Positions 7,869-15,186 of a stretch of DNA of 15,186 nt are shown here, piece by piece; position 1 is the stretch's first letter, and each line of letters opens with the position of its first letter. The position numbers and the translations under genes were made by a program. The DNA lies in NCBI GenBank assembly GCA_965662175.1, contig CBFIGT010000004.1, positions 1 to 15,186 of the forward strand. Reading direction: 5' to 3'. Below the pieces are notes generated by a model. That model searched no databases. It was not told the origin of the DNA and was given only the letters and a program-made list of their open reading frames with translations. This DNA comes from Arcobacter sp. GTDB lineage: Bacteria > Campylobacterota > Campylobacteria > Campylobacterales > Arcobacteraceae.

Positions 7869-8831
7869 ATGTTAAAAGATGGACACGGTAGAGTTGTTGA
7901 TTATTTAAGAGTATCTGTTACAGAAAGATGTAATTTTAGATGTCAATACTGTATGCCTGAAAAACCGTTCTCTTGGGTTCCTAAAGAAGAGCTATTATCT
8001 TATGAAGATTTATTTAAATTTATAAAAGTATGTATTGATAGTGGTGTTAAAAAAGTAAGAATTACAGGTGGAGAACCACTTTTAAGAGAAGGTTTAGATA
8101 AATTTATAAAAATGATAAGTGAATATAAAAATGATATTGATTTAGCATTAACAACAAATGGATATTTACTCCCACAAGCTGCTCAAAAGCTAGCTGATGC
8201 TGGATTAAAAAGATTAAATATTTCACTTGATAGCTTAAAAGCCGATACAGCAAAACAAATAGCACAAAAAGATGTTTTATCAACTGTTCTAAAAGGAATT
8301 GAAGCAGCTTCAAAAGCTGGTTTAAAGATAAAAATAAATTGTGTTCCAATGCAAGGTATTAATGATAGTGAATTATGTGATATGATTGAGTTTTGTAAAG
8401 AGAAAGGTTTTCCTATTAGATTTATTGAATTTATGGAAAATAACCATGCAAAAGATGGTGCAAAGGGTTATAACTCAACTCAAATACAAAATATACTTAA
8501 AACAAAATATAATTTTAAAAAATTAGAAAGAAGTGGAAGCTCTCCATCTCAGGATTATATTATGGATGATGGATATGTTTTTGGAATCATAGAACCTCAC
8601 AAAGATGATTTTTGTGCAACTTGTAATCGTATTAGATTAACAGCTAGTGGAGTTTTAATTCCTTGTTTATATTTTGAAGATGCACAAAGTATAAAAGAGG
8701 CTATTCAAGCAAATGATATTGATAAAGCTGCTTTAATTTTAGAAGATGTTTTAAAAAATAAACCTGAAAAAAACAAATGGTCAGATGACTCTGAAATATC
8801 AGCAAGGGCATTTTACGAAACAGGTGGATGA
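7869..8831 (+). CDS. moaA: GTP 3',8-cyclase (molybdenum cofactor biosynthesis)
   Basis: [17 protein letters not shown] radical-SAM motif, [19 protein letters not shown]...PCL second cluster and C-terminal GG. Confidence 0.97.
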   Translation: MLKDGHGRVVDYLRVSVTERCNFRCQYCMPEKPFSWVPKEELLSYEDLFKFIKVCIDSGVKKVRITGGEPLLREGLDKFIKMISEYKNDIDLALTTNGYLLPQAAQKLADAGLKRLNISLDSLKADTAKQIAQKDVLSTVLKGIEAASKAGLKIKINCVPMQGINDSELCDMIEFCKEKGFPIRFIEFMENNHAKDGAKGYNSTQIQNILKTKYNFKKLERSGSSPSQDYIMDDGYVFGIIEPHKDDFCATCNRIRLTASGVLIPCLYFEDAQSIKEAIQANDIDKAALILEDVLKNKPEKNKWSDDSEISARAFYETGG

Positions 8832-8874
8832 TTTTTCATCATTTGAGAACTAAATTTATAAGATTTAGTTCTCA
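8827..8874. terminator. Probable bidirectional terminator between convergent moaA and ABC ATPase
   Basis: Perfect 12-bp inverted repeat TGAGAACTAAAT(8844-8855)/ATTTAGTTCTCA(8863-8874), preceded by a small GATGA-TTTT-TCATC hairpin (8827-8840). Confidence 0.65.
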
Positions 8875-9659
8875 TTTATTTCATCAAAAAAATATCTTCC
8901 ATTTTTTTGTGAAAGTGAAAGTTTTGATTCAAATATTTCTGATAGATTTTTTGAATTTAAAATATCTTTTTTTAAACCTTGTTTATAGATAGTTTTTTTA
9001 TGCATTAAAGCTATATTTGTAATCTCTTCAAAAACCTCTTCTATATGATGTGTTATTAAAATAATAGTTGCCTCTTTTGAGAGTTTTTGCATAATCTTTA
9101 TAAAGTTTATTTGCGTTTTTATATCAAGTCCAACTGTTGGTTCATCTAAAATAAATGCTTTTGGTTTATGAATTAAAGCTCGACCTATTACACAACGTCT
9201 AAGTTGTCCTGTACTCATGTGTTGAACTTTTTTATCTTTGATATCACTTATTTCTAAAAAATCTAAAACTTCTAATGCCTGATTATGTTGCTCTTTTGTA
9301 AAGTCTTGATGTTTAAAAACACCAATAGAGGCATAATATCCTGATAATACAACTTCATAGGCACTTAAAAAATTTCCTTGTTTTTCTATATAATTGTGAA
9401 GCTCATTTGTAATTATTCCTAACTTTCTTTTCAAATCAAAAATTGACCATCTATCTTTTCCAAAAAGCTCTTTTTTAAATGGATATTTTGTATTTGGATA
9501 AATATCATTTGAGATAAGTTTTATTAGAGTAGATTTTCCACTTCCATTAGCACCAAGTATTGCCCAATGTTCATTCTGTTTTATTTTTAAATTAATATTT
9601 TTTAAAACAGGTTCAATGTTATAACTAACATAAATATTTTCAAAATTAAGTATTTCCAT
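8865..9659 (-). CDS. ABC transporter ATP-binding protein, ModF/YlmA-like
   Basis: EHWAILGANGSGKST Walker A, variant signature MSTGQ, AFILDEPTVGLD, ITHHIEE; no adjacent permease. Confidence 0.88.
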   Translation of the reverse strand: MEILNFENIYVSYNIEPVLKNINLKIKQNEHWAILGANGSGKSTLIKLISNDIYPNTKYPFKKELFGKDRWSIFDLKRKLGIITNELHNYIEKQGNFLSAYEVVLSGYYASIGVFKHQDFTKEQHNQALEVLDFLEISDIKDKKVQHMSTGQLRRCVIGRALIHKPKAFILDEPTVGLDIKTQINFIKIMQKLSKEATIILITHHIEEVFEEITNIALMHKKTIYKQGLKKDILNSKNLSEIFESKLSLSQKNGRYFFDEINEN

Positions 9660-9720
9660 AAAAGAATAATAGCATATTTCAAAATAGCTTTACTTAAACA
9701 GTATTTAATATTAAATTAAA

Positions 9721-9734
9721 TATAATTCGCCTCC
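9721..9734 (+). promoter_or_regulatory. rpsO promoter -10 box with GC-rich discriminator
   Basis: TATAAT at 9721-9726 followed by TCGCCTCC, GC-rich against an AT-rich background, as expected for stringently controlled ribosomal promoters. Confidence 0.65.
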
Positions 9735-9775
9735 ACTATTTATAGTGAGATAAATATACCTATTAGGAGGCTTTC

Positions 9776-10048
9776 ATGGCTTTAGATCAGGAAGTAAAAA
9801 CAAGTATTATTGAAAAATATAGAAGAGATGAAAAAGATACGGGTTCATCTGAGGTGCAAATTGCAATTTTAACTGAGCAAATCAAAGTTTTAACTGAGCA
9901 CTTAAAAATTCAAAAGAAAGATCACTCATCAAGATTAGGTCTTTTAAAAATGGTTGGTAAAAGAAAAAGATTACTTAAATATTTAAGAAAAACTGATTAT
10001 GCTAAATTTGTACAATTAGTTGCAGATTTAGGTATCAGAGTTAAATAG
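9776..10048 (+). CDS. rpsO: 30S ribosomal protein S15
   Basis: [45 protein letters not shown] at 9765-9770. Confidence 0.99.
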   Translation: MALDQEVKTSIIEKYRRDEKDTGSSEVQIAILTEQIKVLTEHLKIQKKDHSSRLGLLKMVGKRKRLLKYLRKTDYAKFVQLVADLGIRVK

Positions 10049-10077
10049 TTAATAAACTATTTTTTATTATAGACTAT

Positions 10078-10111
10078 AAAGGTTGCAGCTTAGGCTGCAA
10101 CCTTTTTTTTT
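10078..10111 (+). terminator. Rho-independent terminator of rpsO
   Basis: GGTTGCAGC(10081-10089)-TTAG-GCTGCAACC(10094-10102) followed by T9. Confidence 0.92.
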
Positions 10112-10192
10112 AAATATTAAAATTAATTTTTTAGTATAACTATTATTAATAATCTTTCTTGTAAAATATTGAAAATTTAATAAAGGAGCACC

Positions 10193-10591
10193 ATGTTATT
10201 GACAAAAAAGAGTGAATATGCACTACTATCTCTTATTTCTATTGCTAGAAGTGATACACCTAAGAACGTAGATGAGCTTTCACGAGATTTAAATATTCCT
10301 AAATCTTTTTTGGCAAAAATTATGCAAAATTTAGCAAAGAATAATATTGTTATCTCTCAAAGAGGCGTAAATGGGGGCTTTGTTTTAGCAAAACCTTATG
10401 ACGAACTTACTATTCTTTCTATTACAAGTGCAGCTGAAGAAAAAATTCCTTCAGTTTTTGAGTGTTCTCCCTCAGTTGAATCATGCCCCTCAGATGTAGG
10501 AAGTTTATGTTCATTGTGGCCATTATTAAATAATTTACAAGGTAAAATTAATATATTTTTAGAAGAATTAACTCTAAAGGATATCGCTTAA
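10193..10591 (+). CDS. Rrf2 family transcriptional regulator (three C-terminal Cys)
   Basis: MLLTKKSEYAL, FLAKIMQNL, SQRGVNGGFVLA and FECSPSVESCPSDVGSLC; AAGGAG RBS. Confidence 0.94.
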   Translation: MLLTKKSEYALLSLISIARSDTPKNVDELSRDLNIPKSFLAKIMQNLAKNNIVISQRGVNGGFVLAKPYDELTILSITSAAEEKIPSVFECSPSVESCPSDVGSLCSLWPLLNNLQGKINIFLEELTLKDIA

Positions 10592-11643
10592 TGACCTTGT
10601 TTCACATCTCACATACAGATTTGGATGGATATACTTGTCAGCTTTTGACAAAAGAATATTTTAAAAATACTTATTTTTTAAATGCAAATTATGGAACAGA
10701 AGTAAAACTTAGTATTATTCACTTTTTAGATATTATTAAATTTAAAGAGATAAAAGATGAAATACTTTTTTTAATAACAGATGTAAATCTAACTTTAACA
10801 GAAGCAAAATATGTTGATAATGAAGTTAAAAAGTTAAATGAAGATGGATATAAAATCAAACTTCAACTTTTGGACCATCATGCAACAGGTCAAAAATGTG
10901 CTGTTAAATATGATTGGTATTTTTTAGACACTTCAAAATGTGCTACAAAAATAGTTTATGAATACTTAAAAAAAGAGTTTGATTTATTTAAAGAAGAGAG
11001 CTACTCTTGGCTTGAACCACTTGTTAATGCTGTTAATGCAATTGATATTTGGCTTGAAGATGAAACAAAAAACTTTGAGTTTGGGAAAGTATTATTAAGT
11101 ATGATTTCAAAAGTTAGAGAGATTAATAATGTACTTTTTGCAGATGAAAATAGGGATTTTAGAATATATCTATTAAAAGAGGCTTCAAAGTATATAGATT
11201 TGGAAGATGGAAATATAAAATTAGATAATGATATTCACTCACTAAAAAAAGAGTATTTAAAACTTGATAAAAATGATGATACTTTAGATAATCTTTGTGC
11301 AAAATATTTAGTTAGTTCTATTGACTCAATTAAAGATAAATTAACAATTACTTATCAGGGGAAAAAAGGAATTTTAACTTATACCTTAGGTGGTATTTCT
11401 ATTCCTGCAAATGCATTTTTAAAAGCAAATCCTGATTATGATTTTTTTATTGATGTTTCTAAAAAAGGAAATGCAAGTTTTAGAGCAGATGGAAACTTAG
11501 ATGTTGGAGTTTTAGCTGAAAAACTAGCAAAAGGTGGAGGTCATCCAAATGCTTCTGGATGTAAATTTGATGATTTTAAAGATAGTATAAATTATCAAGA
11601 TATTAAAAATTATATGCAGGAAAAGCTAAATAATCTAAAATAA
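10591..11643 (+). CDS. DHH/DHHA1 family phosphoesterase (nanoRNase NrnA/NrnB-like)
   Basis: SHTDLDG, LITD, LLDHH and GGGHPNASG motifs; start overlaps the Rrf2 stop (TAATG). Confidence 0.92.
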   Translation: MTLFHISHTDLDGYTCQLLTKEYFKNTYFLNANYGTEVKLSIIHFLDIIKFKEIKDEILFLITDVNLTLTEAKYVDNEVKKLNEDGYKIKLQLLDHHATGQKCAVKYDWYFLDTSKCATKIVYEYLKKEFDLFKEESYSWLEPLVNAVNAIDIWLEDETKNFEFGKVLLSMISKVREINNVLFADENRDFRIYLLKEASKYIDLEDGNIKLDNDIHSLKKEYLKLDKNDDTLDNLCAKYLVSSIDSIKDKLTITYQGKKGILTYTLGGISIPANAFLKANPDYDFFIDVSKKGNASFRADGNLDVGVLAEKLAKGGGHPNASGCKFDDFKDSINYQDIKNYMQEKLNNLK

Positions 11644-11694
11644 TCTTTATTTTTTATTTTTATGTTGTATAATTCAAGTAAAAAAGTTAGCAAA

Positions 11695-13545
11695 ATGAAA
11701 AATAAAATATTTTTAATTCTTCTTTTTTTTGTAGGGGTAATTGTTTTACTCCTATCATTTACTCTTATTACAATAAATCAATCCCGTATTAGTGAAATCT
11801 CCCTTGAAAAACTTAATTACCAAAAACAGGAAAAAATAGCTTATTTTAGTAATTATATGAAAGAAAAAACTCTAATATTAAGTGCTATTTCAAATAATAA
11901 AGAGTTTAAAAATTTTATAGAAAATAATGAAAATAAAACAGTAGTTGAAAATCTATTTTTAACATACTGTTTTTCAAATAAAGAGATATTTCAGCTTAGA
12001 TATCTTGATGAAAATGGATATGAAATTATTAGGGCTGAAAATTACACTAAACCCTCTATTGTTTTAAATGAGAGCTTACAAAACAAAAAAACTAGATACT
12101 ATTTTTTGGATACCATGAATAAAAATAGAGGTGAGTTTTATTTTTCTAATATAGATTTAAATAAAGAGCATGGAAAAATCCAAGAACCAATTATTCCAAC
12201 ACTAAGAATTGCTACTCCTGTTTTTCATGAAAATGAGAGAAAAGGTATTTTGATTTTAAATATAAATTTAAATAAATTTTTTAATCAGCTAATAATTGAC
12301 CCCTCTTATTATGTAAATTTGATTTATGCAGATGGAAGTATAATAATCTCTAATTTTAGTAAATATAATTGGTCAAAGGATTATAAATTAAAAGAAACAA
12401 TCTTTGATTTATACCCTTTTATTCCAAAAGATTTTGCAAAAAATAACAATATAGAAGAGAGTGAGTTCTTTATTTCAAAACTAATAAGCGAAACAAAAAA
12501 CGAAGTTTTTATTTTGTTAGTTCATAAAGAGAATAAAGAGTTTTTATCTTTGGAAAAAGATTTAAAGAAAATAGTTTATTTTTTATTGCTTATTACTCTA
12601 TTGGGTATTCCAGCAGGATATTTTATCTCTTTATATATTGAAAAAATTGTAATAAAGAAAACTACTTTTGAAAATAAACTTTTAGAGAGTAAACTATTAA
12701 ATTCAGTTATTGATTCCACTAATGACCTGATTTTTTATAAAGATAAAGATTTTAAATATCTAGGTTGTAATAAATCTTTTGAAAGATTTGTAGGCATAAG
12801 TAGAGAGAATATTGTAGGCAAAGATGATTTTAATCTATTTGAGAAAAAGTATGCTGAACTTTTTAGAAAAATGGATAAAAAAATGCTCCAAGAGAATATA
12901 ATTAGGGAAAATAATGAATGGCTCAACTATGAGGGGAAAGATTTATATTTTCAAACTAAAAAGATTCCATTTTCTTATGATAATAGCTTGGATGTTGGGA
13001 TACTAGGAATAAGTAGAGATATAACAAAGTTGCATGAGCAAGCATTGAAAATAAAAGAACAAACTTTTATTGATGAATTAACACAGATATATAATAGAAA
13101 GGCTTACAATAATAATATAAAAAATATTATTGATTTATACAATAGATATAAAGAGCCATTTTCTATTATTATGTTTGATATTGATAATTTTAAACTTATT
13201 AATGATAATTATGGACATAAACAAGGAGATGAAGTTTTATATAAAATAGCGCAACTTGCAAAAAAATCTATTCGTAAAACTGATGAAATATATAGAGTTG
13301 GAGGAGAAGAGTTTATTATAATTTTACGAAATATTAAAATTAAAGATGCCAATAGTATTGCACAAAATATCTGTAAGTTAATAGCTAAGGAAAATATTAT
13401 TGATGGTATATTTGTTACTGTAAGTATTGGCTTAACTCAATATTTAGATAGTGATGATGAGAATAGTTTATTTAAAAGAGTAGACAATTTAATGTATAAA
13501 TCTAAAAGAGAGGGTAAAAATAGAGTTTCAAGTGATCAAGTTTAA
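11695..13545 (+). CDS. Membrane-bound diguanylate cyclase (Cache-like sensor, PAS, GGEEF)
   Basis: Two TM segments around a Cache-like domain (IFQLRYLDENG...PTLRIATPVF), PAS (DLIFYKDKDFKYLGCN), DELTQIYNR, FDIDNFKLINDNYGHKQGD, and RKTD I-site five residues before GGEEF. I prefer the in-frame ATG at 11695 over 11662 because TATAAT lies at 11668-11673. Confidence 0.92.
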   Translation: MKNKIFLILLFFVGVIVLLLSFTLITINQSRISEISLEKLNYQKQEKIAYFSNYMKEKTLILSAISNNKEFKNFIENNENKTVVENLFLTYCFSNKEIFQLRYLDENGYEIIRAENYTKPSIVLNESLQNKKTRYYFLDTMNKNRGEFYFSNIDLNKEHGKIQEPIIPTLRIATPVFHENERKGILILNINLNKFFNQLIIDPSYYVNLIYADGSIIISNFSKYNWSKDYKLKETIFDLYPFIPKDFAKNNNIEESEFFISKLISETKNEVFILLVHKENKEFLSLEKDLKKIVYFLLLITLLGIPAGYFISLYIEKIVIKKTTFENKLLESKLLNSVIDSTNDLIFYKDKDFKYLGCNKSFERFVGISRENIVGKDDFNLFEKKYAELFRKMDKKMLQENIIRENNEWLNYEGKDLYFQTKKIPFSYDNSLDVGILGISRDITKLHEQALKIKEQTFIDELTQIYNRKAYNNNIKNIIDLYNRYKEPFSIIMFDIDNFKLINDNYGHKQGDEVLYKIAQLAKKSIRKTDEIYRVGGEEFIIILRNIKIKDANSIAQNICKLIAKENIIDGIFVTVSIGLTQYLDSDDENSLFKRVDNLMYKSKREGKNRVSSDQV

Positions 13546-13650
13546 TTAATAATCTTTTATAAATTAAATAAATAATAACTATTTAAGTTTAAAAATAATA
13601 TTATGAACTAACATCTGCTTATATTAATAATTTTTAAGACAAGGATTTCT

Positions 13651-15186
13651 TTGGAGTTTATAAATTCTTATACAAAAACTTTAAGAAATAAATATTTTTT
13701 TATTCTTTTTCTATTTTTTGCAACCTTTACACTTTTTTCAATTGTATTAACAAGTTATATTAGTGAAGAAAAGAATCTCTCAGCCTCTATAAATATTGCA
13801 GGAAAACAAAGACTACTAAATGAAAAAGCATATAATACCTTAATGAACTATATAGAATTTACAAGAGCTTCTGATGAAGAAAAACTAAAAAATGTTTTAC
13901 TTGAAATAGAAAATAATCAAAAAATTTTATTTCGTGATACGAATATAAGTAAAAAGATAAAATCAACTAATAAAATAATAGATGATTATTTAAATTTATA
14001 TAAAGAATATTTAAAAACCAATAATAGAAAATATATCGAACTAATAAATAAAGAGTTTCAAAAAATATATTTTCTTCTTGATAGTAATACTAAACTATTT
14101 GAGAGAAATTTAGATAATAGACTTAATTTTATAAAATTTTCTATTTTGATTACAACTTTAATTTTTATTATTATCACAATTTTAGCTTCATATTTTATTG
14201 TTTTCCCAACAATAAAAAAGATTCAACATCAAGATGATGAATTAAAAAGATTAAATAGCAGTTTAAGTGATGATTTAAAACTAAAAATTGCACAACTAGA
14301 TGAAGCAAATCAACTAGCAAAACTGGGTGTTTGGGAGTATGATATTACCTCAAATAAATTAAAATGGTCAAAAGAGATTTTTAATATGTTTGAAATAGAA
14401 ATAGAGCAGGGTAGCTCCTATGAACTTTTTATAAATAGGGTACATCCTGATGATAAACATTTAGTTGAGAGTGCATATTTACAACATATTGAAGAAAAAG
14501 AGCCATATGAAATTAAGCATAGATTATTATTTGAAGATGGCAGAGTTAAGTGGGTACTTGAAAAATGTAATACAATTTTTGATGAAAATGGAAATCCTTT
14601 GGTGTCAACAGGTATTGTTCAAGATATATCTGTGCAAGAAGAGAATAGAGAAAAAGAGATAACTATTATGGAGCAGTCTAAAATGGTTTCGATGGGACAA
14701 ATGATAGGTAATATTGCCCATCAGTGGAGGCAACCATTAGCTTCAATAAATACAGCAATGATGAAACTCAAAGTAAAAGCACAACTGGGTGAATTAAGCT
14801 CAAAAGAGTTGATTGATAGTTCAAAAAGAATAGGGGAATATACAAACTATCTTTCAAAAACAATTGATACTTTTACAAACTATATAAAAAATCAAAAAAT
14901 ATTAAGAACTTTTCCAATAGAAGATGAGATAAAAGATGCAATTACAATTGCAGGAATTGCAATAAATGATAATAATATAAAATTAATAAATAATATTGAT
15001 TTCTCAAAACAAAATATTTTAAAAATGACAACAGGAGAGTTATCAGAAGTTATTATAAATATTTTAAATAATGCAAAAGATGCTTTATTATCCAAAGAAG
15101 AGATAGAAGAAAAATGGATAAAAATAGATTTAAAATCAGATGATAAACAAGTTATTATTACTATTGAAGATAATGCAGGTGGAATG
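13651..15186 (+). CDS. Sensor histidine kinase with PilJ/NarX-like periplasmic domain and PAS domain (runs off the window edge)
   Basis: Not in the ORF track. TTG at 13651 with AAGGA RBS, open for 512 codons to the edge. It contains TM1, SINIAGKQRLL, TM2, PAS (LGVWEYD...RVHPDD...GRVKWV...GIVQDI), H-box IGNIAHQWRQPL (His at 14719-14721), N-box NILNNAKDA and G1 box IEDNAGG. Confidence 0.94.
   Translation, partial: MEFINSYTKTLRNKYFFILFLFFATFTLFSIVLTSYISEEKNLSASINIAGKQRLLNEKAYNTLMNYIEFTRASDEEKLKNVLLEIENNQKILFRDTNISKKIKSTNKIIDDYLNLYKEYLKTNNRKYIELINKEFQKIYFLLDSNTKLFERNLDNRLNFIKFSILITTLIFIIITILASYFIVFPTIKKIQHQDDELKRLNSSLSDDLKLKIAQLDEANQLAKLGVWEYDITSNKLKWSKEIFNMFEIEIEQGSSYELFINRVHPDDKHLVESAYLQHIEEKEPYEIKHRLLFEDGRVKWVLEKCNTIFDENGNPLVSTGIVQDISVQEENREKEITIMEQSKMVSMGQMIGNIAHQWRQPLASINTAMMKLKVKAQLGELSSKELIDSSKRIGEYTNYLSKTIDTFTNYIKNQKILRTFPIEDEIKDAITIAGIAINDNNIKLINNIDFSKQNILKMTTGELSEVIINILNNAKDALLSKEEIEEKWIKIDLKSDDKQVIITIEDNAGGM

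Noticed and set aside
8104..8349. 81 aa minus-strand ORF
   Set aside because: Entirely inside moaA on the opposite strand; no supporting signal.
8844..8874. 12-bp inverted repeat as a mobile-element end or REP
   Set aside because: I noticed only one copy, there is no transposase or target duplication, and its position between convergent genes fits a terminator.
10119..10153. Palindromes AAAATTAATTTT and ATTATTAATAAT upstream of the Rrf2 gene
   Set aside because: Pure A/T dyads are expected by chance here and cannot be called operators.
11662..11694. Longer start for the diguanylate cyclase
   Set aside because: No RBS precedes it and it contains a TATAAT; MKNKIFLIL at 11695 is a more typical N-terminus. 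Not proven.
11723..11730. Homopolymer T tract as a phase-variation site
   Set aside because: A/T runs of 7-9 nt occur throughout the window, the frame is intact, and there are no long G/C tracts of the campylobacterial phase-variable type.
12735..12926. 63 aa minus-strand ORF
   Set aside because: Antisense shadow of the cyclase PAS domain.
11701..13710. Similar N-termini of cyclase (11701-11724) and kinase (13687-13710), 22 of 24 nt identical
   Set aside because: Low-complexity A/T sequence coding a basic-then-hydrophobic TM start; similarity does not extend, so convergence is sufficient.
14465..15095. Two short ORFs (14465-14662 +, 14892-15095 -)
   Set aside because: Both lie within the histidine kinase reading frame that starts at 13651.

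Overview
Very AT-rich bacterial chromosomal window. Gene content and protein style suggest Campylobacterota, probably Arcobacteraceae (inference, not searched). In order: two divergent LysE/RhtB exporters (the first runs off the left edge), a complete aapJQMP general L-amino-acid ABC importer on the minus strand, and a minus-strand block of Crp/Fnr regulator, NarX-like membrane sensor with no catalytic output, and cobA. Next come the divergent moaA, a convergent orphan ModF-like ABC ATPase, rpsO, a coupled Rrf2 regulator/DHH phosphoesterase pair, and a Cache-PAS-GGEEF diguanylate cyclase. The window ends in a NarX-like sensor/PAS/histidine kinase that runs off the right edge and is missing from the ORF track. 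I see no mobile element, CRISPR array, tRNA or rRNA. The best candidate for an undescribed system is the output-less NarX-type receptor translationally coupled to a Crp/Fnr regulator and flanked by Moco and precorrin-2/siroheme genes. A possible S15 autoregulatory leader is the second candidate.
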